A DNA stretch of 64,000 nucleotides, counting the filler, from Dirinaria sp. TL-2023a (Eukaryota), in assembly GCA_051941275.1 (NCBI GenBank). It is 31 parts of 31 records of this genome, joined end to end, with 100 filler letters (N's around TTAATTAATTAA, not from the genome) between each part and the next. Parts side by side here need not be neighbours in the genome. Positions count along the whole stretch, not along the records: positions 49,958 to 51,910 come from JAVEBF010002459.1; positions 52,011 to 53,961 come from JAVEBF010002460.1; positions 54,062 to 56,010 come from JAVEBF010002461.1; positions 56,111 to 58,058 come from JAVEBF010002462.1; positions 58,159 to 60,095 come from JAVEBF010002463.1; positions 60,196 to 62,132 come from JAVEBF010002464.1; positions 62,233 to 64,000 come from JAVEBF010002543.1; 24 more parts are not named here. One strand, given 5' to 3'. Positions 49,858 to 62,760 of this stretch are shown here, piece after piece (position 1 is the first letter of the stretch; each line of letters opens with the position of its first letter). Made by a program: the position numbers and the translations under genes. The notes beneath the pieces were generated by a model that ran no database searches, was not told the DNA's origin, and saw nothing but the letters and a program-made list of their open reading frames with translations.

Positions 49858-52192
49858 NNNNNNNNNNNNNNNNNNNNNNNNNNNNNNNNNNNNNNNNNNN
49901 NTTAATTAATTAANNNNNNNNNNNNNNNNNNNNNNNNNNNNNNNNNNNNNNNNNNNNCGCCCACTCTCGCCCACGTGCATCGAATCAAAGATGTTATAAG
50001 AAGCGAAGTGATCTTGATAGAGATCGAGCCGGAAAGCCATCGAAAATCTTTGACAGGAGTTCTCGAATACGAGAGCACGAGCATGGAGATCGTTCAACAT
50101 GTCAAGCACAAACCTCAGACGCAGAACTTATCTCAAATGAACATGAAGGAGCTTCATGCCTTCACTGAAGATCAAAATACGGGAACTCAGAATGCTGTCA
50201 CTCAAATAAGCAAAACTTAAAGCCACGCTACTCTCCCATATACTAAATACAAGATCAGCAATATCATCAATAGATCTATAGCGCGAAAACAAGCACTCAG
50301 TCTCATGCTGACGACGCTTATGTGCCACTCGCAAGGATCGATGGTAGTAGCAATGTCCGGGTGGAGGAGTTGGAGAATAATTGGGACTCTGGTATTGACG
50401 AGGTGAGGGCGTTAGTGAAAGCTAGAACTTTTTGTTTTATTGATGAGCAGGAGAAAGAAGCTCACGTGCTGGATTCTACAATCGCGACGTTACGAGTCCT
50501 CATAATCACTCATTTCCTCGATTATTCAGTTCAAATCGACACTTGGAAAGATCTTCAAATTTGTTACAGCTCTTTACAAAGCTACCTTAAGAACGAGGGC
50601 TTTCATACGCGGTCACGAACTTGTCAAAATTCTTCAAGTATTACAGCAGAAGAAAGAAGATCGTTCAAAACGCCCAACACAAACCCTATGAGTGGAACTT
50701 CTCGCGTGAACATGAAAGCTGTTGATGAATTCATACAACAGCAGACGCGGAGACTTGAAAATACCTTTTTTTACAATCACGACGTCACGGATCAACGTAC
50801 TCACTCAGTCTCAATATCAGAACATTTCGACGAACACTTTGAAGAATCTTCAAATTTGCTATAGCCCTCTCTTCAGAAGGCTGAAGACACATTTCAATCA
50901 AAACCTCGAAGGAGGACTCAGAGTCCAAGAAAATCTCACGTAGCATCACAGAAAAAAGAGATCCGTCGAAAATGTCCAACACAACCCTACGAGCGGGATT
51001 TCTCTCGTGGACATAAAGATGTTCATGAATCCATCCAAAAGCAGACATGGAGAGCTTAAGGTACGGTATATGTAACCTCTCATCCTCGGAGTCAGGGATT
51101 ACAAGCAGCCGTTTCGAAAAGACAGACCCTATCGCTGTCGATCTACAAGGTAGCCGAACGCAAGTTTGGTGCCAAATCCAGACTTTATGTTATAGTATCT
51201 ATCTTCCGGCACTTCATCATAATTGTCAACTTCTTAACTTGCTTCTGCTTTCAATTATCTACTCCATGAGCTAATTGGCTGAATCACAATTCTCTCGGGG
51301 GCTTCTGATTCTTTTCTGTGGATACAGACATTCATAAAGTTGAAGACATGGATTGATAAAGATTTCGAAGGAGGATGGAGCTCATATGCTACTAGGCGCA
51401 TGGGTTCATTTGCTGGCATTCGACATTGAAAAAAATTCCGAGGAAATTATTTTTCTGAAAAATGAAACAGAGATCATTCTCTCAAATTGAGATTCTCAGT
51501 CAATTCGAAATCGCGAACTGAGATATCTTCGTCAAAAGATCATACTCATTCTTTCCGAGATCAAGAAAACTTCAGTCAATTCGTGCAAAAGTTTTGACAG
51601 TTGTCATCATCCGTCACGAACTCAAACATGGATTTTTCTCAAGATCATAGTTCTGAAGAAGAGAATCGAGTTTACGAGAAACACTCGAAGTTCTCGAACT
51701 TAAATTGTCATTTCTACTTCTTGATTCAATTGCAATTGATTCAATCACGTTTCTTTTCGCGATTCCTGAGTATGTTCTGTGGATACAGACATTCATAGAA
51801 CTGAAGACATGGATAGACAAAAATCCCGAAGAAGGATCAAAAAATAAGAAATCGATCAAGATTCTTGAGATGAGAAAAACTTTTCGAGACACATAGAATT
51901 CATTTGCTAGNNNNNNNNNNNNNNNNNNNNNNNNNNNNNNNNNNNNNNNNNNNNTTAATTAATTAANNNNNNNNNNNNNNNNNNNNNNNNNNNNNNNNNN
52001 NNNNNNNNNNCGCTCGCTCGCTCCTCCTGACGATCCATTCTTGGCAACAAACCACCCGTTACTACTACTACTGCGCGCTCAGATCATACCTACCTTAACC
52101 AGAAGATCTTCAATACATAAAATGCTACTTAACGACCGCCAAGCTGCACCAAAAAGCAAATATTCATGAAGGATTCAGGATCAAATGCACTA

Positions 52193-52393
52193 CGGAGGTC
52201 GACACCATAAGTCCTGGCTAGCGCGGTCAATGCTACAGGTTGGGTCAACTGAAAGCCGCCTGGGGGACTACCTAATATTATCACCCGAGCCTTCCAATTT
52301 GTTACCTAGGCTCTGCAAAGTCTACCTGTAGTCACCTGGACGACTGGTCTTGGCGTACATGACGCTAGCCAGGACTTATTGTGTCGTCCTCCG
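52193..52393. mobile_element. MITE of about 201 bp with 31 bp TIRs and TA TSD (Tc1/mariner-like)
   Basis: TA-CGGAGGTCGACACCATAAGTCCTGGCTAGCG ... CGCTAGCCAGGACTTATTGTGTCGTCCTCCG-TA, 2 mismatches. Confidence 0.75.
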
Positions 52394-52815
52394 TACAAAC
52401 GCCCAGATGCCACGCGTGTAGGGCTGTCCTGGCTCTTGATTCGTGCGCTTCCCTTGAAGATCTGCAAGATGCAGATCTTTAATGTACACAGCCCAAATGC
52501 CAAATGGGGCTGAAAAACGCGGCTGAAGAGTTTATTTGTTTGATTGTTTTAGTATTTGAGGTGCTCTTCTCATGAAAGTTCTTTGGAAGGTTTGGTTTTT
52601 TTTCCAGCTCCCCGACTTTGGATTGGGAATGATTCTCAAGTGCTGTCTGTGATCTCTGGAAATAATTGCGCTCGCTCACGAAAGTGACTTTCAAGTGGCT
52701 ACGTTGTTACTGAGGATAATTTGGATCATATAGCAGAAAGAGTAAACGGGCACGGTCCGCGGTCTACGCCGTGATTCTTCGGCAGCACTGCCTGGTCTCG
52801 TCTCCACCCATCAGA

Positions 52816-53682
52816 ATGAAGACTTCAAGAAACCCAGCTCAGTCCAGCATCATCTTCGCGCTTGCACTACTACTACTACCATCCGTCCACGGCTACGACT
52901 GCAATATATTAACCAACACAAAATGCTCTCCCAACTACTCAGGTCCCCGGCGGAGCCCTCCCGAGTGTCTCGTCAACCAACTTTCCGCTTCAGCCTTCAT
53001 CCAATGCGCCAGCCAAAAAGGTTCCCCAAACCTCGTTTCCACCGACGACGAGGGCGAAAGGAAGACACAGACGCCCTTAGAGGTCCTGATCTCGGCCCTT
53101 AGTGCCCCCGAGTGCGACGCCTGCCCCTTGGCGGGCAAGATCCAAAACGTAGCCATAACCTCGAACAGCGGCGGGTCCTTCGGCCCCGCCGACTTCGGGA
53201 CCAATCTCTGCAATGCACAGCCCGCCGACGTGGGGATGTGCTGCTTGAAGAACTGCCTCGGCGGCTCGCCGGAGCATTCGATCGCGGCGTTCTGCGCGGG
53301 CAAGGATTTCATCACGCAGGCGCCGCTGTTGCCCGGGAATTGCGTTTCGAACCGCGAGCCGGCCGGCCCGGGTTACACCGGCGACGACGACACCACCAGC
53401 AGCAGCAGCGGTGTTAGCGGTTTTGATACCTCGTCGTCGGGGGTGGGGGGAACCGGCGGTTCTTCTTCGACCACGCCGGCGCAGCAGGTGTCACCTTCCA
53501 CCAACCTTCCCACGACGACATCAGCAACACGGGTAAGCACTTCGAATGCAGGCCCGACACCGCAGGCAACGACGCCGACGATACCCAGTTCCGGGGGTGC
53601 AGCATTGGGTCGGCAGCATACGTTGATGGATTGGGTAAGGAAGCTAGGCGTTGCCGTATTGCCGTTGGCAGCGGCTTTTTGA
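52816..53682 (+). CDS. Secreted Cys-rich protein, probably GPI-anchored
   Basis: Signal peptide, 12-Cys domain, S/T-rich stalk, SSGG omega-like site, hydrophobic C-terminus. Confidence 0.85.
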   Translation: MKTSRNPAQSSIIFALALLLLPSVHGYDCNILTNTKCSPNYSGPRRSPPECLVNQLSASAFIQCASQKGSPNLVSTDDEGERKTQTPLEVLISALSAPECDACPLAGKIQNVAITSNSGGSFGPADFGTNLCNAQPADVGMCCLKNCLGGSPEHSIAAFCAGKDFITQAPLLPGNCVSNREPAGPGYTGDDDTTSSSSGVSGFDTSSSGVGGTGGSSSTTPAQQVSPSTNLPTTTSATRVSTSNAGPTPQATTPTIPSSGGAALGRQHTLMDWVRKLGVAVLPLAAAF

Positions 53683-54061
53683 GAGGGTGCACGCTTTGCG
53701 CAGAATTAGTAGCTATAACGTCAAGTATGGGGAACCTGGGCTTTGTCAGCCTGGAGGAAAACCTCGAAGACACTGTCTCGAGCATCATTTAAGAATTGCA
53801 TTATCAGGGTCCTCGACCCGGTCAAAAATCTCCCGGAACCAGTAATCCGCAAGGTTATAATAATAAGTCAATACCCTTGAGGCCGAGGGAAGCACAGGAA
53901 AACCCGCGGCAGCGCTTCGAAAAAAAGGCTCTCGAACTATTTATTTGGAGAAGAATTTCGCNNNNNNNNNNNNNNNNNNNNNNNNNNNNNNNNNNNNNNN
54001 NNNNNTTAATTAATTAANNNNNNNNNNNNNNNNNNNNNNNNNNNNNNNNNNNNNNNNNNNN

Positions 54062-54680
54062 AAACACAACACTTTCCCTTTAGTGATGTGAGAGTGAGCC
54101 GAGCCGCTTTAACCAGAAAGCTGCTGTGGAGATGGATCGTCGCGCTAAAGCTGGAAGAGGTTGGTCGGCCACACAATCAAGGAGACTGTTTGATGTGCGG
54201 AGTAGAAGAGGTTGGTAGGCCACACGATCAAGGAGACTGTTTGACGTGTAGGAGCAGAAGAGGTTGGTAGACCACACGATCAAGGAGACTGTTTGATGTG
54301 CAGAGGAGCAGAAGAGGTTGGTCGGCCACACAATCAAGAGACTGTTTGATGTGCGGAAGCAGGAAGAGGTGATGGAGCACACAACAAGCAGACTGTTTGA
54401 TGGTGTAGCAGTTGTGATGATGAGAAGATGATCTGAGATCTGAAGCAGTGGATGTGATGTCAGAAGCAGAAGAAGATGTTCGAAAGCCAACTGGTATGTA
54501 GTATTGAAGGAAAAGAAAAAAGGAAAGAGGGAGAAGAAGGTAGGGGGGTTTAAATAGTCACCCAGGGGACGCCGGGTAGTGTGCTGTGAGTTCTGGGATC
54601 ACCACCATTGTGAGATTTGAAATTGTTCAACATTCACTACCTTAGGCAGCTATCTAATGGTAATTCAACACCCCCCTCCT
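54062..54680 (-). mobile_element. Probable Copia-type LTR (starts 54670) preceded by a PPT
   Basis: Minus strand AGGAGGGGGG-TGTTGAATT; TATA-like TATTTAAA; the far end is not visible. Confidence 0.6.
54154..54405 (+). repeat. Minisatellite, 52-57 bp unit, about 5 copies
   Basis: GAAGAGGTTGGT.GGCCACAC.ATCAAGGAGACTGTTTGA.GTG. Confidence 0.9.
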
Positions 54681-55343
54681 TTGTTCTCACAACAATGGAA
54701 TACAAATACCCGCGCACACGGGAACGTGGTGGAGCCCCATCGAGTGTTCTTCCCTATTGTACATTGTAAATGTTGTTCTCCTAGCCAATCGCTATGCCGC
54801 ACCTGAGGACGCCACATGACTCGCCTACGGGATAAAACGGCAGGAAACTCAATTGATGTTGTTGATGTTGATCGTGCAGGTATATCGACACCTTGTACTA
54901 AGGTAAGGTAGGGCTCTCCCACTCACGTGCACACACTTAAGCGAGAGAGCTAAGCTAAGCGAGAGCTAAGCGAGGTGAGGTGGCCCCGCTTATCGATAAG
55001 CACCCGAAAGAAGGGAATTTAGCCGCACCGTATTTCAACCTCCAGGAAGTGCGTTTTTCGGGTATCGCAATCAGGGCTTGTAAGGATCTTCTATGTTAAG
55101 GCGAAGCGTCCTGGTGCCTTTTTGTGCGGTCTTTCCATGGTCCTCCTCCTCCTCCTCCGACGGCGGGATTTTGAGTGGTGATCCCCAAGCCGTTGTTGGG
55201 CTGGCTTTACGTCACTCCGTCATCCTCCTTGCTTAGCGTCCCCATTGTCATCTGAAACGTCTCTATAGATTCTATTGTACCTCTTATTGATCTCGTGTCT
55301 CCCTCCCTTCATCGCAACTTCTCAAATCGCCTGTGGAAAAACA

Positions 55344-56010
55344 ATGGATATCCGCGTGCTCCAGCCCTCCGACATCCCGCACGTGCAATCCACCAACATC
55401 ACCAATCTCCCCGAGAACTATTTCCTGAAATACTACCTCTACCACGCGCTCTGCTGGCCGCAGCTGTCGTTCGTCGCCGTCGACACCGCGCGCCCGCAAC
55501 GCACCCCCTATGACCCGCCGAAGATCGTCGGCTATGTGCTGGCGAAGATGGAGGAGGAGCCCGTCAACGGCGTGCAGCATGGCCATATCACGAGCTTGAG
55601 CGTCATGAGGACGCATCGCAGGTTAGGGCTGGCGGAGAAATTGATGAGGCAGAGTCGTAAGTTTTTTGTTTTTTTTGGTGTTCCTTATTTTAGAGACTTG
55701 AGTCTGCGATGGCAATATTTTCTTTTTTTTTCTTTCTTTTTCTAAGGACGTTCAAAGGCATGGCTAATGTGTGGCACGGTGAGATAGAAAGAGCAATGGT
55801 TGAGACCTTCAACGCATCCTACGTCTCGCTGCACGTGCGCATGTCCAATATCGCCGCACTGCGCCTCTACCGCGACACCCTTGGCTTCATGGTCGAGAAG
55901 ATCGAGCCTAAATACTACGCTGACGGCGAGGATGCGTATAGCATGAAGATGGATTTGGGTTTTATACGTGAAAAAGCCCTTGATGAGGATCTGGATGAGG
56001 GCGACGAGGT
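55344..56010 (+). CDS. ARD1: NatA N-terminal acetyltransferase catalytic subunit, 3'-truncated
   Basis: [53 protein letters not shown]; one intron. Confidence 0.96.
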
Positions 56011-59000
56011 NNNNNNNNNNNNNNNNNNNNNNNNNNNNNNNNNNNNNNNNNNNNTTAATTAATTAANNNNNNNNNNNNNNNNNNNNNNNNNNNNNNNNNN
56101 NNNNNNNNNNATATACAACGCTTCCGCTAAGAATAGAATTCCCTTTTTTTTTGGTGTGTGTTGCAAAGGGTTCGGAAAATAATCCCACGCCCTGCCTGTC
56201 AACAATGAGTGCTCCTCCTTCCATAACTAGATGTGATCTCCTCTTCAGGATTCTCTTTTGTATACTGGTCCCCCTCTCCGCTCCCTTTTCCCTTGCAAAA
56301 AAAGACACTCAGGATCGGCCGGTTTGATCCAGTGCTCAGAGTGACTTTGGATCTCGGAGGTCATCTATATAGTTCCTCTATGTCGGACCTGCATACGAGG
56401 GCGTATGCTATTCTTTCTGTTGTGCGGCAGATTGTTACGGTACACGCAGTCCCTATATAGTGAAATAAGGATTGACATGCCATCCAAGGGATGTTGGTCG
56501 ACCTTTTAGCGGTTAGATCTTATTTCCTAACACAGGCGTTCCAATTAACCCGCGAGCGAGAAATAATGCGATGCGAATATACAATGTAAGAGCCTTGAGT
56601 GAGTTGCAAATGAACTGATTAACTTCCACCTGGGTACCGCAATGCTTTCCATAAGGGGAATCTACATTTCGTACATCGTTTGCTTGACTTCAACTCTCTT
56701 TCTATTAGAAAAAAAACAATCAAAAGCTATGATGTTTTCCAGACCTCCTAGACCAATTTCACCCTCTCCAATCACGGGTCGCAAATGATTGATATTCGAC
56801 CATTTACCCTGACTGGTATAGAGGCGACCGAAACGCAAATTTCCAATTCTTTCAGTTATCAATGCATGGTAGTATGTGACTTGTCATAATTTCACTTTTT
56901 CTATTTCGCTCTCTTCAATTCAGTAAATCCCTCATCATGAACTAATATCGCCTCTCTCTATCACAATGATGCCTAGTACGCACTCAGTAAAACCTATGCT
57001 CGTCTCGTCAGCAGAAATTCTTACCAAATTATAGAAACTAGGGGAAGCCGCTTTCCTCATTCTTATAACATCTCTCAATCTTCTTTCGCATCGATTGTGG
57101 AAAATAAATACCGCTCTCTTACAGAAAGAGAAATACGTGTGGCTTGCGAATCAGAACAAAGAACCAGGTCTTCACACACCTAATTAACTCCATCGCCTGC
57201 CCCTCCAGGCATAATTCTCAGTGACCCATGTTACGGCACAGTAACGATTTCTCTTCTCGCGTGTACGGCGGCTGTCGTCAACCAATGCTTTTTTTAAAAA
57301 AAGGGGGTTTAGTTACCCTTTCCCTAGTCCGAAGTATGATGATGACCGTTCACGTATTCAGTCAATTGAGACTATTTCTCACTAAAAGGACAAAAAAAAA
57401 AAATCACAAAGGCCTGGTATGTGAATCCTATTGCGATCCCATCTGACCAAAGTTGAGAATATGGAACGAAATCTCTGCGCAGATTTTTGCTCTCGTAAAT
57501 CGATACGTGAGATGAGATAAGATGAGATGAAGTGCTAAGAAGAAGAATAACTAATACCTACCGTGTCGGAATCAAATAACACTATCTCTATGATATAGAC
57601 AGACAGATATATTGAAAAGCACATCGTCATTTTTCTTCTCCTCCCCCTCTTTCCAGGAATAAGCATCACAAACCCCTTACACACAACATCATTCCATCTC
57701 AACGACCCCAACCGCCAATCCTCAAATCCTCAAATATAAATGAAACCCCTCTCTCCTATGTTATCAATTCGTCGTCATTTCTTCATCTATAACTCAAACC
57801 AATCCTCCCTCCACTGCCCCTTTTTTCTTTGAGAGAGGCGGAAAAAAAAAAGGAAAAAGGGGGGTAATGAACGCTCGCTTTAGATTTTATAAATTGAAAA
57901 AAGATATGCAATGAGAGATAAGTGATGGTGTTACATTCGGATAAAATATCTTCAGCTCTTATAGCTTCTTCGAGGAGAGATCGAGAATGAAAGACTTATA
58001 CAAGCGAAATTTTCAACGCCTCGTCTAAATTGATCAACGAAAACAAATACAAGAAATTNNNNNNNNNNNNNNNNNNNNNNNNNNNNNNNNNNNNNNNNNN
58101 NNTTAATTAATTAANNNNNNNNNNNNNNNNNNNNNNNNNNNNNNNNNNNNNNNNNNNNTTTTGCATGGATCGTGGCGCGAATGATGAAAACATATGCATC
58201 CCGCGCGAAATCGTCTGCGCGTGCAGAGGCCACGATCGCTTCGCGGATTTTGCGCATGGCTTGCATCAGGATCGAATGCTCTCGCTGTCTGGGCAGAGAG
58301 GTCGTACTTTCTGCATTATTGCGAGCCTCTCCTTGTTCAAGGGAGAGTGAGGATAGAGCTTCCTCGAGCGGTTTGTCATGAAGCTCATGTCTCTTGAGGA
58401 TTTCATCGTAGTAGGCTTCTTGGGCCGAGAAAGCGAGGAGTCTGAAGAGGCCATCATCATCAGCTCATGCTTTTGGCAGAGGCTGGAGATGGGATCCCAT
58501 GCCTGTTGTCGCCTTTGGATGGAAGGCCTACGCTTTCCAAGAGGTCGACTTTGACGTCTTTTAAGCGGCCCCATTTTCGATCCATATTAAATTATTATTT
58601 GCTGTGGCAAGATATGACCATAGTTGAAGAGGATACTCGATTCTTATATTTCAAGGATCAATTGGAGAATGAAGGATGATCTTTGGCTGGCCAAAAATTG
58701 GCCAGACTATTTGGTGGAAAGCTGACGCAACGAAGGATTCCGGACCATTTAGTTCCTCAATTTCGACTTTGCTTCACTTTTGATGTTCCACATGGTTCTG
58801 ATGACATGTGTACTATTGTGGCAGGGATCAATCGAACAGTATCGTAAATATTAAGAGAAGAGGTTTGCTTGGGTGAAACTAGCGAAACTCGGTACTCCAT
58901 ATCAGCCTTATTGTAGGGCTGGATAGTCTAAACCTGTGGACTGAATAAAGTGATTGGAAGGGTAAGTGTAACCGAGAGGTCTTATCAGGCCTGCCTTCTC

Positions 59001-59272
59001 TCTTTGTCTTCTTTCGCCCAATACTATTGCTATGATACCGTATATTTCTATCTAATGCTTGGGCAAAGGTGGAAAAACAGAACTTTAGAAGAAGCCTTGA
59101 AGTAGAACAATCTCATTCATCTACCTCAGAAGAGATGTACAACACGTGTTCGATGAGACACTCTCGATTAGACTTACCGTTCCAATTGTTCTGACCACTG
59201 GCAGTCCCTGACCCCTAGACTCACTGAGTGCATGTACTTTCTTTGCAACAATCTCCTCCAAGCCATTGCAAG

Positions 59273-60095
59273 ATGACCACCCATCGCCAACCGTGGCCCG
59301 CGGACAAAGACTGGAGGAAAGACTTGCAGAGACTCTCGGTCCCACAACCTCACCGTGATCCCCACCAACCCCCACTACTGAAATGGAACGCTCTGCCAGA
59401 ATGGCAGAGAGATAACCATTACATTCTCGGCCACTATAGACCAGCCTCTTACTCATACTACCGTTGCTTCCAGAGCTTATTCTACATGCACAACGAATCC
59501 GTGAATATCCACAGCCACCTCCTCGGCGCCTGCCTCTTTTTCTTCATGTCCATTTCCGTCTACATTTTTCGGGAATTTCCGACCTCGAACGCGGACATTG
59601 CGGCCTTTGGCTGCTTCTTTGTCGGCGTGATCATGTGCCTTGGTATCAGTGCGACGTACCATGCCATCTCGAGCCATTCGCCGCAGGTCAATCGCTGGGC
59701 GAATCAATTGGATTATGTAGGCATCGCAGCATCGATCACCGGCAGTTTCGTGCCGAGCGTGTACTACGGATTCTACTGCGAGCCGGGACTGCAAATGATA
59801 TATTGGGGAATGGCAAGTTTTTTGGAACATTCGTTTCAGACTCCTTTTGAGAAAAATTGCTGTTTCTAACACCCCCTTTTTTTTTTTTCTCAAATTCAGA
59901 TCATGTCCATCGGTGCGGGTTGCACGATAGTATCGCTCCGTTCGAAATTCAGAACCCCCGACTGGCGCCCGTTGCGAGCGGGTATGTTCAATGCGATGGG
60001 ATTTTCGGCTGTTTTCCCCGTGTTCCATGGCCTGAAGCTGTACGGCTTTCAATCCATGAACGAGAGGATCGGGCTCTCGTGGCTGGTACTGGAGG
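59273..60095 (+). CDS. PAQR/haemolysin-III (IZH-like) membrane protein, 3'-truncated; start uncertain
   Basis: LPEWQRDNHYI..YRP, HNESVNIHSH, SATYH...HS, LDYVGI. Confidence 0.93.
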
Positions 60096-60642
60096 NNNNN
60101 NNNNNNNNNNNNNNNNNNNNNNNNNNNNNNNNNNNNNNNTTAATTAATTAANNNNNNNNNNNNNNNNNNNNNNNNNNNNNNNNNNNNNNNNNNNNGGATA
60201 CATGGCACCTCTATAATATTGAGTGTCCCACGTCTGTCGCATACCTACAGTATGTTTGATACGCGCACTGACTGTTTCCTATTTTGGTTAGAGTCTTGGC
60301 ATGAATTTGTGTACTTAAGAGTACAACCATCCTGGCAAGATCATGTCTCTAAGCTCATTAAACTGGGTCGTCTTTTAATACAAAACAATTCCATCTTCGT
60401 GCCGTACATACCATCATGGCGGTCATCTCTTGAATTGCACAGATGCTCGTCGCGTTTCTAACTCTCACTACGATTTCTTTTTGGAATTCTATCCTAACCT
60501 TCAGTACTGAAGACTTGTGGTAAGAATTGCTCTCGAAGTCTTGCTCTCGAAGTGTTTGTGGCTTAGTCCGGCCTTTGATCTAGCTGTCATTGCAGGCGGT
60601 CAACTAAGCGAACTACAGATGCACTGAGGAACTCAATATTGA

Positions 60643-61266
60643 AGAAGTAGAACCACCGTCACCAAGGCTGATATTATCTGGGATATCCCCAACCTGAAAG
60701 GCTCAAGTAATTGGATAACCTGGGAGGGAAGACTCATTTCGGCCTTGAAGTGTGAAGGATTCGATTATGTGCTCACTGACAGTCCTCCACCGGCTACATC
60801 GCCTCAACAACGTATCCTGGATTTCAAGATCCATGACACTAAGACCCATGCATTAATCGTTTCGAAGTGTGAGGACAGCCCTCTCGACACCATCAGCCAT
60901 TGCACAACTGCAAAAGAAGCATATGAGACGCTGAAGTGCCAATATCTTGATACTAGTTTTGCAGCTAAGCATCTTATCTTCCAGGAGCTGGCTGCCACTA
61001 CAATCTCTAGCCCCGGTATCGGAGGTGACCTTGAAGCATATGTAACGGCTCACAGTCTCCTCAGGCATGATCTGAAAGCCATCGATGACACAATTCCTGA
61101 TTGGGTTTTCTGCTCAGTATTGGTCGAGAATCTGGAAGGGCGTTATAAGAAGTTCGCCGTAACTGTCACTGTACAGAAGGAGTTACCAATATTCAATAAT
61201 CTTGCCGCTGAGCTCTACAAGTTTGACCGTTACGAAAAGCGTATCCAGGGGAAGATTCAGTATTAA
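60643..61266 (+). CDS. Copia-type Gag-like open frame with no pol downstream; start unresolved
   Basis: IPNLKGSSNWITW, TAKEAYETLK..Y, LEAYV, LKAIDDTIPDW...LVENL..RY. Confidence 0.7.
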   Translation, partial: RSRTTVTKADIIWDIPNLKGSSNWITWEGRLISALKCEGFDYVLTDSPPPATSPQQRILDFKIHDTKTHALIVSKCEDSPLDTISHCTTAKEAYETLKCQYLDTSFAAKHLIFQELAATTISSPGIGGDLEAYVTAHSLLRHDLKAIDDTIPDWVFCSVLVENLEGRYKKFAVTVTVQKELPIFNNLAAELYKFDRYEKRIQGKIQY

Positions 61267-62760
61267 GTACATACCGTGCTTCTATCCGTCTTCAGCAGAT
61301 TTGGGACTCATTATCATGTTGTCATGGTCGGATGCACGAGCCTTTGCTCCCAACATCTGGTATGAATCTAGCAATCGAAGGCCTGTGCTCATACAGACGC
61401 TGGCGTGAAAGTTCAAAACGTCTAGAAAGATTGCAGCCGGTTCTTTAAACTCTCCACGGCCCTTGAGATGGTACCTTTACAGAAAAGGACTCTCAAAGCA
61501 TGAGCCTACCAACCAGCCACCCTAAGTCAGGAAGACTCATGTGTAATCCTAGCTACACATTACCTCGGAGCGGATCTGATCCAAACGCCTCCACTTCATC
61601 CGCCAAAGTGTCGGCACTTGAGAGTTTGACAAAGTAGGACGCAATTCGATTTCCGCCGCCGGAGTTCGCTAGGATGTTGGGATTCGCGTAGTGCGAAGTC
61701 GAAGATTTGGATTTGAAACTCGCATTCCAGATATCCTTTTGTTTTCTGAGCATCTATGAACCCTTGTCTTTAAACAACTTCTAGCAACACAGGAGAAATC
61801 CCTAAAAACAATTGCCCATGATTCAGCGCGTCAACTGTCACTTCGCCAAGTATCCTATCCCTCTCTCCTAAATCATCGATGACACGATTCCCTCATGATC
61901 GACGACAAGTCCCAGGTATTGCTCCGCTTCTAAACAAATTACTTTCTTTCCAATTTCGCAGATATACCCTTTCCCCATCCATTCCACCAAGCAGTCCTCA
62001 AACCCCCCTCCCATCCAACGTAAACCTATTTCCATCGAAAGGAGTACTGGGCCAATCAAAGAATGATCAATCACAAAACCTTCCTTTTTTCACAAAACCC
62101 CCCGGCCCCCACCATCAGCCCTCCCTTAGCACNNNNNNNNNNNNNNNNNNNNNNNNNNNNNNNNNNNNNNNNNNNNTTAATTAATTAANNNNNNNNNNNN
62201 NNNNNNNNNNNNNNNNNNNNNNNNNNNNNNNNCGCTGTTTTCTGGCATGCATATGGACGACTGCTCATGGTCTTTGCATTTATTCTTGTCTGTTTAGTTC
62301 GATAATGCGGCCAGAGTATTTAGAGATTATAAGCGTCTTAGACCACAAGCAGACAGGTCTGGCTTCAAACCAAGACTTGCGATTCTCTCTAAAAGTGATT
62401 TTGCCAAGCCTAGACTCTAGTAGGTTGATGCAAGAAAGTATCCATTATCGCCTCCAAACTGCCAGGCCAGGAAAGAATGAGAAGATTTTGAGGATGTTCG
62501 CGTAATTTCGTACGCGCTCCGCCGGTATGATATCTTTCCATACATCGTCCTATCGCGGCTTTATATATGCCTTTATAAAACAGTGTGATTGACAGACGAT
62601 TTAAACAACCATCAGACACGAGGCACGGGTTATTCAAAAGGGATAACAAGATTTGGTAAAAACCTTGTCGAATCGTGGGATAAATGCATGGTTTGGCTGA
62701 ATTCGGTCGAATGATGAGATTGAATAGTCGACAAGCCGATGAGGGAATTATACGAAGCAT

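Noticed and set aside
54154..54405. CRISPR-like array
   Set aside because: Whole units are homologous with no unique spacers, there are no cas genes, and the context is eukaryotic.
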